64,000 nt of DNA. Origin: Vicinamibacteraceae bacterium (lineage in GTDB: Bacteria; Acidobacteriota; Vicinamibacteria; Vicinamibacterales; JAFNAJ01). The notes beneath the pieces are model-generated. The model saw only the letters and a program-made list of their open reading frames with translations. It made no database searches and was not told the origin of the DNA. Both the position numbers and the translations under genes were made by a program. Location of the stretch: positions 17,291 to 81,290 of the forward strand of contig JBDIBB010000002.1 of the NCBI GenBank assembly GCA_039812685.1. The letters are read 5' to 3'. The first letter of the stretch is position 1, and the number at the start of each line of letters is the position of its first letter. This document shows, piece by piece, positions 48,101 to 59,184 of this stretch.

Positions 48101-48400
48101 CGACTGGGCGGTCTGCTCGTCGAAGATCGGGCGCCAGCGGGTGCCGCCGTCGGTCGACTTCCACACGCCGCCCGAGGCAGCGCCGACGTAGTAGACGTTG
48201 CTGTCGCCTGGCACGCCGGCGACCGCGCTCGCGCGATTCCCCGGCGGACCCACGTAACGGAACGTCAGCGGGCCAAACGAATCGCGGCTCCCGGCCGTGC
48301 GATCCGGCCCGGATTCCTGTGCCGCAGGGCGCGGCGAACCCAGGAACACAAACACCGCGACGAGCCCGACGATAGCGAGTCCTGCATGTCTGATGCGCAC
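45164..48400 (-). CDS. sortilin/VPS10-like BNR-repeat beta-propeller protein, secreted
   Basis: Repeated SxDxGxTW motifs (KSTDGGTRW, KSTDAGKTW, RTADGGKTW, SRDGGLTW, RSDDGGERW, TTDGGQTW, TRDGGATW, TADYGRTW, SFDDGATW). GTG start at 48400 is preceded by AGGAGGGGAGCAC; the signal/TM segment is GLAIVGLVAVFVFLG. Confidence 0.85.
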   Translation of the reverse strand: MRIRHAGLAIVGLVAVFVFLGSPRPAAQESGPDRTAGSRDSFGPLTFRYVGPPGNRASAVAGVPGDSNVYYVGAASGGVWKSTDGGTRWRPIFDEQTAQSIGAIALAPSDPNVVWVGTGEPFIRSNVSVGDGIYKSTDAGKTWTRMGLEKTGRIARILIHPTNPDVVLAAAIGHAYGPQQERGVFRTADGGKTWTRVLFVNEETGASDIAMDPVNPDNVFAGTWQIDIKTWGRVSGGPGSGVFVSRDGGLTWKRLEGNGLPASPLGKIAVSVAPSNPNRVYALIETGERGSLWRSDDGGERWRRVNTSRLLNERPHYYTRMLVMPDDADQVYFPSNGMGVTYDGGETTDQVRWGGDNHDMWADPKNPKRIMIANDLGVMISTTRGEEWNMMRLPIGQIYHVATDTRVPYYVYGQMQDYASLRAPSNSLSGGIHPSLWTTTAGCETGWNIPDPVDPDIIWGGCYAGVVERHDLKTRMSRTVSPWPERTMGAPAGEIKLRMNWTFPIAISPHDHNTVYVGSQYVHRTTDGGQTWQAISPDLTLNDPSMKGDSGGLTVDNLSVEYAGTVFSIAESPIEKGVIWAGTNDGQVQVTRDGGATWTNTTPNIKGLPPKMNVNSVEPSRHAPGVCYVAIDGHQVGNFDPWLFKTADYGRTWTPITGGIEKGPLSYTHVLREDPKRQGLLYAGTENGLFLSFDDGATWRPFQQNLPHAPVYWLEIQPHFNDLVVGTYGRGIWIMDDVTPLQRLTDAQRQAPVTLLEPRPAYRFRNVERRDLAPSGAAMGRNPNYGASIDYWLGEVPKGDVTLTISDAGGRPIRTIRGSKRQGLNRVWWDLRHEPTREVELRTTPPGNPEIWTEKRFVGKETRPVLYYGIDTPKRGPLVAPGAYAVKLSAGGREFSATVTVLKDPNTPASEADVVASTKLSLDIYERINEAADLINQIEWSRKQLEDMRKAVGARQKAGAADTKATLEAIDGLDARLRAAEDKLLQPTIAEGDAKSFRGAMKLYLLFVWLQAEVSSGGGDVAGNSDYPPTQPQIEVYRKLTGELDQVKAELRAVYDKDVPAFESAMREKGVGRLVMLR

Positions 48401-48598
48401 GTGCTCCCCTCCTGCGCGAAGGATGATACGCCCTTCACCGGCGTCTCCGGTGCGATCGGCCATCGCACCGCCGGTACGGCCTCAGGCGGGACACGTCCGA
48501 AACGAACCGCGCCGGTCCACCACGGTGGAACCGGCGCGGTTGGCGGGAGCAGGCAGGAAGACACTCCGCCGGCGCGAGGCGCCGGGAGCGGATGTCGC

Positions 48599-48850
48599 TC
48601 AGGCCTGGGGCTCGGCGGTGGTCTCGGGCAGGCGGCCACGGCCGCCGCGGCTGATCATGCCGCCCTTGCGGCCGGCATTGCGTGCCTCATCCGACGTCCA
48701 CTCGTGGGCCGTGCCCTTGACGTGAGCTGCACGACCGCCCTTGCTGGCGATCTCGCGCTGCTTCTCGGGAGACATCGACGCGAACCCACGACGAAGCTTG
48801 GGGCGGGGAGCGGCCGGCGCATCCGGGTTCTGGATCTCGTTCACTGTCAT
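48599..48850 (-). CDS. KGG-repeat general stress protein (YciG-like)
   Basis: KQREIASKGGRAAH and RNAGRKGGMISRGG KGG motifs in a small basic protein. I place the start at MTVNEIQ. Confidence 0.7.
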   Translation of the reverse strand: MTVNEIQNPDAPAAPRPKLRRGFASMSPEKQREIASKGGRAAHVKGTAHEWTSDEARNAGRKGGMISRGGRGRLPETTAEPQA

Positions 48851-49244
48851 TCTCCTGTCTTCCGTCTCGACGCGAGTCAGGTTGGGAACGGGGTCGGCGG
48901 CGTCTGCCAACGACTGTCTGCCATGGCAGAGATCAATCCGGATGCCATCGTGGTGCGGCGGCCCAGCTCAGTAATTTCGGCCGTTTTCAGGCGAGATCCC
49001 GACACAACCGGCCGTCTTGCCTTCGAACCCAGCCATGGCTAATCGTCGTGATTCAATACACAACTGCCCAGATTCACTACAGTCGAGTTGTATGCTCGCG
49101 CATCATCGAGCGAACCGATGGCGCCCGCAGGGCGAACCGGGGTCCGAGCTCGCGGACCGGTGGCACCTGCTCGACCAGGCGCCATCGGGGTTGATAGGAT
49201 GATGCGGCCTGGCGCACGCGAGCGGCGCCGCAGGAGTCGCACTG

Positions 49245-49553
49245 ATGAGCAACGAAGGATCGGCGGGCACCCCATCGGGCCCCCGCATGGTGAATTGCGT
49301 CAAGCTCGGGCGGACGCTGCCCGGCCTCGACGAGCCGCCGTGGCCGGGTGAAATCGGCCAGCGCATCTACGAGAACGTGTCGGCCGAGGCGTGGGCGCTC
49401 TGGGAAGAGCGTATGAAGATGATCCTGAACGAGTACCGCCTGATGCCGTTCCAGAAGGAGGCCCGGGAACTCGTGCAGAAGCACATGGAGGATTTCTTCT
49501 TCGGCGAGAACGCCGCGCTGCCGCCCGGCTACGTGCCCCCCAGGTCGAAGTAG
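49245..49553 (+). CDS. yggX: Fe(2+)-trafficking / oxidative-damage protection protein YggX
   Basis: MVNCVKLGRTLPGLDEPPWPGEIGQRIYENVSAEAWALWEERMKMILNEYRL aligns with YggX. AGGAG lies before ATG 49245; an alternative start is 49287. Confidence 0.85.
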   Translation: MSNEGSAGTPSGPRMVNCVKLGRTLPGLDEPPWPGEIGQRIYENVSAEAWALWEERMKMILNEYRLMPFQKEARELVQKHMEDFFFGENAALPPGYVPPRSK

Positions 49554-49697
49554 GTCCGCGGTACGCGGCGGGCGGCCGGCGGCGGCCGCCTGCCGTGGCG
49601 CTGCCCCGGCGGCCGGCTGCCAGTCGCCGGCGGCGATCTCCGCGCTCTGCCCGCGCCTGGCTCCAGGGATGGACAGGCCTGGGATGGCGCCGGTGGA

Positions 49698-50993
49698 TCA
49701 GGCCATTGGCAGTGCCGAATCGAGCGTGAACCTGAGCAGGCCGTGGGCGTCGTTCACCGCCCGCACTGCCTCCTCCGGCGTCGCGCCGCGCGCGAAGATG
49801 AAGCCCGGGTAGCTGTGCCCCTCGGGCAGGGGCTCGAGCAGTTGCCCGGGCTTGGCCGTGATGATCACGTCGGTGATCCCCGGCACGGCGAGGGCCTGCT
49901 CCACCCCTGCCGTTTCGCGATAGAACCCCCGGCCGGGTACCGGCAGCATCATGACGGCCGAGGCTCCCGCCTCGCGCCGGAAGCCGTCGAGCGGTTGCCC
50001 GCAGGCATGGCGCAGCAGCAGGTGCTCGAGCGACTCGGTCTCGTCATCCGGCGACCGGAAGCGGAGGCTCCGGGCGCAGAGGCCGCCGATGGGCCTGGCC
50101 GCCACCTCGAGCACGAAGATCCCGCGCTCGTTCACCCGGCACTCGGCGTGGATGGCGCCATGGTGCAGGCCGATGGCCAGTGCGGCGTGCGCGACGGTTT
50201 CCGCCATGCCGCGCTGGGTCGCCTCGTTGAGTCCCGCCGGGGTGACGTAGACGGTCTCCTCGAAGAACGGGCCGTCGAGCGGCACCGGCTTGGCGAAGAT
50301 CGCCAGCACGCGCAGCGCGCCCCGCTCCATCACGCCCTCGAGCGCGTACTCGAGCCCCGGCACGAACCCCTCCACCAGCACCTCGTCGTGAGCGGGATCG
50401 CGCTGCACGCGCACGTCCGGGCTCTGCAGGATGCGGCGCAGCCGGGCCAGCGCCTGCGCGAACTCGTCCGGGGTGTCGGCGCGCATCACGCCGCGGCTGG
50501 CCGAGAGCGCCAGCGGCTTCACCACGCACGGAAACCGCACGCGCGCGGCGAACTCGTGCATCGGCGCATCGATCGGCATCGACACGAACCACGGCACGGG
50601 CAGGCCCGCGGCGATCAACCGTCCCCGCGTGAGCAGCTTGCTGGCAGCCACCTCGGTTCCCTGGGGCGGATGGAAGGGCAGCCCCAGAGTGGCCGCCACG
50701 TGGGCCGCCAGCCGCGCCGGGCGATCGCCGACCGCCACCACGCCATCGGCCGGCCGTCCCGCCGTGGCGTCCCGTACCCGCCTGAGCGAGAGATCGGGAT
50801 CGTGGAACTTCACGGCGATCGCCCCGTCGCGCCAGATGTCGCCAAGGCGATGGCAATGATCGGTGGCGTAGACGAGGTCGACGCCCAGCGAGGCGGCGGC
50901 CTCCTCGAACGCCCGCGCCTGGTACCCCGTGGTGGCCGTGAAGAAGAGAATGCGCTTGGAGGCGGTCGGCCCCGGGTGTTCGGCGTCAGTCAT
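49698..50993 (-). CDS. ATP-grasp domain protein (unknown ligase)
   Basis: Pre-ATP-grasp region ILFFTATTGYQARAFEEAA and ATP-grasp core FPCVVKPLALSASRGV...VLVEGFVPGLEYALEG...LEVAARPIGG. I place the start at MTDAEHPG; the track TTG start at 51122 overlaps the upstream gene. Confidence 0.8.
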   Translation of the reverse strand: MTDAEHPGPTASKRILFFTATTGYQARAFEEAAASLGVDLVYATDHCHRLGDIWRDGAIAVKFHDPDLSLRRVRDATAGRPADGVVAVGDRPARLAAHVAATLGLPFHPPQGTEVAASKLLTRGRLIAAGLPVPWFVSMPIDAPMHEFAARVRFPCVVKPLALSASRGVMRADTPDEFAQALARLRRILQSPDVRVQRDPAHDEVLVEGFVPGLEYALEGVMERGALRVLAIFAKPVPLDGPFFEETVYVTPAGLNEATQRGMAETVAHAALAIGLHHGAIHAECRVNERGIFVLEVAARPIGGLCARSLRFRSPDDETESLEHLLLRHACGQPLDGFRREAGASAVMMLPVPGRGFYRETAGVEQALAVPGITDVIITAKPGQLLEPLPEGHSYPGFIFARGATPEEAVRAVNDAHGLLRFTLDSALPMA

Positions 50994-51082
50994 CGATCTG
51001 GGCGAATGCGGGCGCGGGCCGCCAGGCGCATGCCGGGCGCCGCGCGCGTCCCGCGGCTGCGCGGCACGTCCACCACGAACGG

Positions 51083-52447
51083 CTAGACGAGAGCCACCTG
51101 CTCTCGCGTGGGCTCCGCTCAACAGTACCAGGGTTCATCGAGCCAGGGAATGGCCGCACGATCCGGCACGTCGGGCGGCCGCGGCAGCCGGCCGCCCGCG
51201 TGGAGTTCGAAGAGGTTCACCACGCCCTCGAAGATCTCCCGGCGCGGCGCGCCCGCGCGCGAGGCGACGAACCGCTCGACGTCGGCCTGCAACCCGTCCA
51301 TCACCGGCTCCGGATGCGGCCACGGGTGCACCAGTCGCTGCGCGTCGAACGGCCCGACCATCGCCCGCATCTCCGGCAGATCCAGCAGCCGTGAGCCAGC
51401 CGGAATCAGCAGCCGCAACGCGAGCTGGATCGACGGCACGCGTTCGATCAGGCCCAGGCCCGCTATCGCCTGCAGGAACCGGCCGTAGCCCTCCAAAGTG
51501 ACCCACGGCGTGAAGGCGACGAAGGTGGGCGCCAGGGGCACGCCCGCCTGCTCGCACAGCGCGATGGCCCGCTCGGCCTCGGCCCCGGTGTGTCCCTTGG
51601 CCAGCCGCGCCAGCACCCGATCGTCGAAGGATTCGATGGCGCTGGTCACGAACAGGCACCCGGTGTCGCGCAGGCGCGGCAGCAGCGCGGCGTGCTTCAG
51701 CAGGTGCTCCACCTTGATGGTGACGTCGTAGGTGAGGCCGCCGAAGCGCTGCGCCAGGCGCTCGACAATCGTCAGCGCGTGCCGCGGGCCGTTGAGGAAG
51801 TCCGGGTCGCCGAAGGTCACGTGAAGGGCGCCGGCCTCCACCTGTCGCGCCACGTCCTCCAGCACCACGTCAGCGGAGACGATGCGCAGGTGTCCGCCGT
51901 AGACGGGCACCACGGGGCAATGGCGACACAGGTGCAGGCAGCCGCGCGAGGCCTCGGTGTAGCCCGCCACGCGACGCGCGCCGTTGGGAAGCCTCAGCCG
52001 TGCGTAGCGCTCGAGCGGCGGCAGGTCGCTGCGGTCGGGGACGACGAAGTCGAGCCGCGGCAGGCGCCCGGCCGGGCCATCGGCGCGCTCGCCCGCGGCG
52101 ACCCCGCAGAGGTCGGCTTCGAACTCGGCGCCGAGCACCTCGTCGACGCCGGCCTCCCGGAGCAGGCCCTCGTTCACCGGCGCATAGAGCCCGTAGGCGC
52201 AGAGCGCGGCGCCGGGCGCCGCCTCGCGCACGCGGGCGATGAGCGGCAGGGCCAGGCGCGTGGCGGTGTGCATCGGCAGGTGGAAACCCACCAGGGCCAC
52301 ATCGTCGAGATCGCGTGTCGACAGGGGGGTGCGCGACGTGTCGATGCAGCGGACGTCATGCCCCTCGCGGCGCAGCCATGCCGCCGGCGATGCCAGGCCG
52401 AACGGCTGGCGGCCAAGTTCATAGGTGCCAATCAGGAGGATCCGCAC
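51083..52447 (-). CDS. B12-binding-domain radical SAM protein, probable CUAEP-tail selenoprotein (UGA at 51119..51121 read as Sec)
   Basis: N-terminal B12-like domain (RILLIGTYELGRQPFGLASPAAWL) and radical SAM CLHLCRHC (Cx3Cx2C). The ORF-track stop is TGA, followed in frame by GCG GAG CCC ... TAG, giving WYC-U-AEPTREQVALV. A hairpin lies downstream. The core 51119..52447 has confidence about 0.85; the Sec extension about 0.55. Confidence 0.6.
51087..51107 (-). promoter_or_regulatory. SECIS-like stem-loop downstream of the in-frame UGA
   Basis: RNA CGAGAGC-AGGUG-GCUCUCG forms 7 bp plus a possible G-U pair. The stem starts 11-12 nt after the UGA, and the apical loop carries GGU about 23 nt from the UGA. 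Confidence 0.45.
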
Positions 52448-52571
52448 CCTCCGATTGTCGCCCCTGGCACGCCTGCCTGTGAAGGGGCCGTGCCCGCGCG
52501 TGCCGGGGCGCGGCGGCGTATGATCGCCACGCGCGCCCCTGTCCAGGGCCGGCACCGCGGCCGTCGCCGCG

Positions 52572-53987
52572 GTGTGCGCGCCATTCATGCTGCAACTGGT
52601 CGCCCCGCGCATCGTCCCGCCGCTGGATCCCGGGTTCCGTCCACCGGCGCTCGCCCACCGCCAGTGGCTCGCCGACCTCGAGGCGTCGGGCCACGGCGTG
52701 CCGCTCGTCCTCGCCCTGGAACGCGCCGACGGCGCGCGGTCGCGCGTCGAGACGCGCGTCGTGCCCGAGCGACATCCGCGCTTCGAAGAGGGCGTCCACT
52801 ACGCCGAGCGCCTGTTCAAGTTCCTGCTGTGGCAGTGGGGCGGGTGGCGGGCGTGGGTCGGCGGGCCGGCCGCGATCGGCCGCGCCCTGGCCGCCGCCTA
52901 CTCGCCTGGCGGCGCGCGCGCCTTCGATCACCGCTTCATGAGCGAGGACGTCTTCGGCCGGCCGTTCACGGTGATCGCGTGCGAGGCCGATGCGGTGCCG
53001 GCGGCCGTGGAGGCGCCGCGCCCGATCGGCCGTCACCTCGACGGCTGCCGGGTGGGGTTCGACCTGGGCGCCTCCGATCGCAAGGCATCGGCGGTGATCG
53101 ACGGCGAGGCTGTCTACTCCGAGGAGGTCGTGTGGGCCCCGTCGGCGCAGGCCGACCCGGCCTACCACCATCGCGAGATCATGGCCGCGCTGCGCACGGC
53201 GGCGTCGAAGATGCCGCGGCTGGATGCCGTGGGCGGCAGCGCCGCCGGCGTCTACATCAACGACGAGGTGCGCATGGCCTCGCTCTTCCGCGGCGTGCCC
53301 CGGGATCGCTTCGGCGAGGTGCGCTCGCTGTTCCACCGCATTCGTGCGGAGCTCGGCGTGCCGCTGGTCGTCGTGAACGACGGCGACGTCACGGCGCTCG
53401 CCGGATCGATGTCGCTGGGCGAGAACAGCGTGCTCGGCGTGGCGCTCGGGTCGAGCGAGGCGGCTGGCTACGTCGACGCGGACGGCAACATCACGGGCTG
53501 GCTCAACGAGCTCGCGTTCGCGCCGGTCGACTACCAGCCCGGCGCGCCCGCCGACGAGTGGTCGGGCGACCGCGGCGTGGGCGCGCGCTACTTCTCGCAG
53601 CAGTGCGTCTTCCGGCTCGCCCCGCTGGCGGGCATCGATGTCCCGCCCGACCTGGCACCGGCCGGCCGGCTGAAGTTCGTGCAGGCCCGCCTCGAAGCCG
53701 GCGATTCGGGCGCCGCGGCCATCTGGCAGACGATGGGCGTGTATCTCGGCTACACGGTCGCGCTCTACGCCGGGCGCTACGACGTCCGGCACCTGCTGAT
53801 CCTCGGCCGCTGCACCTCGGGCCGCGGCGGCGACATCCTGATCGGCGAGGCACAGCGCGTGCTCGCCCTCGAGTTCCCCGAGCTGGCCGGGCGGATCGCC
53901 CTGCACCTGCCGGACGAGAAGAACCGCCGCGTGGGCCAGTCGGTGGCCGCCGCCAGCCTGCCCGCGCGCGCCGGAGAACCGCGATGA
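52572..53987 (+). CDS. ROK-family (sugar kinase-like) protein with about 150-aa N-terminal extension
   Basis: ROK/ASKHA motifs VGFDLGASDRK, VVVNDGDVTALAG and GVALGSSEAAGYV. The N-terminal region ERLFKFLLWQWGGWRAWVGG is unassigned. The start could be ATG 52587. Confidence 0.7.
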   Translation: MCAPFMLQLVAPRIVPPLDPGFRPPALAHRQWLADLEASGHGVPLVLALERADGARSRVETRVVPERHPRFEEGVHYAERLFKFLLWQWGGWRAWVGGPAAIGRALAAAYSPGGARAFDHRFMSEDVFGRPFTVIACEADAVPAAVEAPRPIGRHLDGCRVGFDLGASDRKASAVIDGEAVYSEEVVWAPSAQADPAYHHREIMAALRTAASKMPRLDAVGGSAAGVYINDEVRMASLFRGVPRDRFGEVRSLFHRIRAELGVPLVVVNDGDVTALAGSMSLGENSVLGVALGSSEAAGYVDADGNITGWLNELAFAPVDYQPGAPADEWSGDRGVGARYFSQQCVFRLAPLAGIDVPPDLAPAGRLKFVQARLEAGDSGAAAIWQTMGVYLGYTVALYAGRYDVRHLLILGRCTSGRGGDILIGEAQRVLALEFPELAGRIALHLPDEKNRRVGQSVAAASLPARAGEPR

Positions 53988-54838
53988 CCTTCAGCCTGCC
54001 CACCGCCGAACTCTACGTCCCCGATGGACTGCCGCCCGCCGAGGCCCTGGCGCGCACCACCCACCTGGCCATCGGCGCGCACCAGGACGATCTCGAGATC
54101 ATGGCCGCCGACGGCATCCTGCAATGCTTCCAGCGGCCCGACCGGTGGTTCACCGGCGTGGTGGTCACCGACGGGGCCGGCTCGCCGCGCGAGGGCCTCT
54201 ACGGGCAGTACACCGACGAGATGATGCGGGCAATCCGGCGTGTCGAACAGAAGAAGGCGGCCTTCGTCGGCGATTTCGCCGCCGCCATCCTGCTCGACCA
54301 CCCGAGCGCCGCCGTCAAGGATCCGCGCGAACCCCGGCCGGTCGACGACCTCGTGCGGGTGCTCGAGGCGACGCGCCCCGAGGTGGTCTACACCCACAAC
54401 CTGTGCGACAAGCACGACACGCACATCGCCGTCGCGTGGCGCGCCATCGCGGCGATCCGCCGCGTCGCGGCCGCGTCGCGGCCGCGAAGACTGTACGGCT
54501 GCGAGGTGTGGCGCAACCTCGACTGGCTGCGCGACGAAGAGAAGATCACCTTCGATCTGTCGGCGCACCAGAACCTGCAGATGGCCCTGGTCGGCGTCTT
54601 CGACTCGCAGATCTCGGGCGGCAAGCGCTACGACCTGGCCACCTGGGGACGCCGCAAGGGCAACGCGACCTACGCCGCCAGCCACGGCACCGACCAGGCC
54701 GAGTTCGCCAGCTACGCCATGGACCTCACGCCGCTGGTCGAGGATCCCTCGCTCGATCCGGTGGCGTTCGCGCTCTCGGCGATCGAACGCCTGCGCGACG
54801 ATGTCGCGGCGCGCCTGACGAGGTTCCGGCCCGCGTAG
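53984..54838 (+). CDS. PIG-L/LmbE family deacetylase
   Basis: LAIGAHQDDLEIMAADG (AHPDDE-type zinc motif) and a later HDTH. ATGA overlap with the ROK stop. This is the real part of track ORF 51590..54838. Confidence 0.8.
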   Translation: MTFSLPTAELYVPDGLPPAEALARTTHLAIGAHQDDLEIMAADGILQCFQRPDRWFTGVVVTDGAGSPREGLYGQYTDEMMRAIRRVEQKKAAFVGDFAAAILLDHPSAAVKDPREPRPVDDLVRVLEATRPEVVYTHNLCDKHDTHIAVAWRAIAAIRRVAAASRPRRLYGCEVWRNLDWLRDEEKITFDLSAHQNLQMALVGVFDSQISGGKRYDLATWGRRKGNATYAASHGTDQAEFASYAMDLTPLVEDPSLDPVAFALSAIERLRDDVAARLTRFRPA

Positions 54839-54947
54839 ACACAACTCCCGTGCCGCCGGCCTCGCCTCCCCGCCCCGACAAGGCACCTGTCATGGGCCCG
54901 CGGTCGGCCGTGTCCAGGTCCTGCCCGCGGTGATAGACTCGCGCGCC

Positions 54948-56264
54948 ATGAGCCAGGACGCGACCTCCCGGACCTGCAGCCAGGTGCCCCTGTCGCAGCG
55001 GTGGAAGGAGATCCGTGACGGCTTCTCGCGGCCGTTCTGGGTCGCCAACCTCACGGAACTGTTCGAGCGCCTCGCCTACTACGGCCCGCAGGCGGTGCTC
55101 GCCATCTACCTGCACGAATACCTGGGCCTGAGCACCGACCAGGCCACCTGGCTCATCGGCTACTACGGCTTCGTCGTCTGGTTCATGCCGGTGATCGGCG
55201 GCGCGGCCGCCGATCGCTTCGGGTTCCGCCCGACGCTGGCCGGGGCGTTCGTCCTGCTGGCGCTCGGCAACTTCCTGCTGGGGTCGCTGTCGGCGCCCTG
55301 GATGGCCGGCGTGCGCGAGGCGCTGCCGCTGTTCGCGCTGATGCACCTGGTGATGCTGATCCCCGCGATGGGCCCGGCCGTGGTCAAGCCGGTGGTCGTC
55401 GGCACCACGGCGCGCGCGGCGAAGGAGAACGTCCGCTCGATCGGCTACTCGATCTACTACACGGTGGTGAACATCGGCGCCGCGATCGGTCCGCTGGCGG
55501 CCTCCTTCGTCCGGACGTCGGTCGGCGTCGAGAAGGTGTTCCTCGTGAGCGCGGTCACGATGCTCGCCATGGCGGTCGTGACACTGCTCTTCTACGAGGA
55601 GCCCGCCGTGGATGCCTCGGCGCCGCGCGTGGCGAGCGCGGGCGAGGCGCTGCGCAACCTGGTCCGGGTGCTGGGCGACGTGAAGTTCGTCAGCTTCCTC
55701 GTCATCTTCTCGGGCTTCTGGGTGGTGTTCTGGCAGCAGTACATCTCGCTGCCGATCTACGTGCGCACCTACGTCGATCCCGACGCCAACATCGACCGCC
55801 TGCTGTCGGTGGAGGCGACGACGGTCATTCTCCTCACCTTCATCGTGAACTACGTGACGCGGAAGGTGCCGGCGTTTGCCGCCATCATCGCGGGCGTGCT
55901 CATCTCCAGCCTGAGCTGGCTCGCGCTCACGCTCGGCTCGGACGTGCCCTACATCGTCGTCGCGCTGATCGTCCTGGCCATCGGCGAGGTGGTGCAGGCG
56001 CCGCGCTACTACGAGTACATCTCGCGGCTCGCGCCACCCGGGCAGCAGGGCCTGTTCATGGGCTACGCGTTCCTGCCGATCGGCATCGGCTACCTGCTGG
56101 CCGGGCCGAGCGCCGGGCGGCTGCTGCACTACTTCGGCGAGGTGCGGCAGAAGCCGCACGAGATGTGGTTCGTCATCGCCGGCGCCGGGCTGCTGACCTC
56201 GGCGCTGCTCGTCGTCTACGACCGGTTCGTGCGCCCGAAGGACGCCGGTCCGGCCGCCGCGTGA
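54948..56264 (+). CDS. POT/PTR2-family MFS transporter (peptide/H+ symporter type)
   Basis: ELFERLAYYG (ExxERFxYYG signature), FGFRPTL and about 12 predicted TM segments. Confidence 0.85.
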   Translation: MSQDATSRTCSQVPLSQRWKEIRDGFSRPFWVANLTELFERLAYYGPQAVLAIYLHEYLGLSTDQATWLIGYYGFVVWFMPVIGGAAADRFGFRPTLAGAFVLLALGNFLLGSLSAPWMAGVREALPLFALMHLVMLIPAMGPAVVKPVVVGTTARAAKENVRSIGYSIYYTVVNIGAAIGPLAASFVRTSVGVEKVFLVSAVTMLAMAVVTLLFYEEPAVDASAPRVASAGEALRNLVRVLGDVKFVSFLVIFSGFWVVFWQQYISLPIYVRTYVDPDANIDRLLSVEATTVILLTFIVNYVTRKVPAFAAIIAGVLISSLSWLALTLGSDVPYIVVALIVLAIGEVVQAPRYYEYISRLAPPGQQGLFMGYAFLPIGIGYLLAGPSAGRLLHYFGEVRQKPHEMWFVIAGAGLLTSALLVVYDRFVRPKDAGPAAA

Positions 56265-56285
56265 CCGGCGGCGCGAGGCGCCCGG

Positions 56286-56654
56286 CTACCGCTGGTGCTT
56301 GTGGAACAGGTCGACGATCTCGTCGTACATCACCTCGGCCTCGGCCGGGCCACGCCGGATGGCGGCCGTCGCGCAGTACTTGAGGTGGTTGCGGAGCAGT
56401 TCGCGGGCCACCGCGCGCAGCGCCTCCTGCACTGAGGAGATCTGCACCAGGATGTCGGCGCAGTAACGCTCCTCGTCCACCATCCGCTGCAGGCCGCGCA
56501 CCTGTCCCTCGATGCGGCGCAGGCGGGTGACGGCGCGCCGCTTCACGGCGCCGTCGACGGCGACCGCATGGCGTCCGCTCTCGCCCGCCTCGCATGCGCA
56601 CTCGGCCTGGCGGATGGATGGCTCCGGCAATTCGGATTGTCGGCGTCGTGACAT
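56286..56654 (-). CDS. csoR: CsoR/RcnR-family metal-sensing repressor
   Basis: RLRRIEGQVRGLQRMVDEERYCADILVQISSVQEAL...HLKYC gives the C-H-C copper ligand pattern. It also has a 35-aa N-terminal extension containing ECACE. Confidence 0.9.
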   Translation of the reverse strand: MSRRRQSELPEPSIRQAECACEAGESGRHAVAVDGAVKRRAVTRLRRIEGQVRGLQRMVDEERYCADILVQISSVQEALRAVARELLRNHLKYCATAAIRRGPAEAEVMYDEIVDLFHKHQR

Positions 56655-56760
56655 GTCGATCCTTCCAATGAGGTGCGGGCGCCGGCGGCGGCGTCAGCGA
56701 CGGGCCGCGCGCGGGCGCGATCCCGGCCTCGCCGCGTCGCGGGCTGGCGCATCGCGTCCC

Positions 56761-59184
<2,424 letters not shown>

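Noticed and set aside
50994-51122. TTG-initiated 43-aa N-terminal extension of the ATP-grasp ORF
   Set aside because: It is Arg/Gly/Ala-rich and overlaps the radical SAM tail and the SECIS-like hairpin. The conserved pre-ATP-grasp region starts just after MTDAEHPG (50993).
51590-53983. N-terminal 798 aa of the 1082-aa track ORF 51590..54838
   Set aside because: Only the last 284 aa (PIG-L deacetylase, from ATG 53984) look like protein. The upstream part is antisense to the radical SAM gene and out of frame over the ROK gene.
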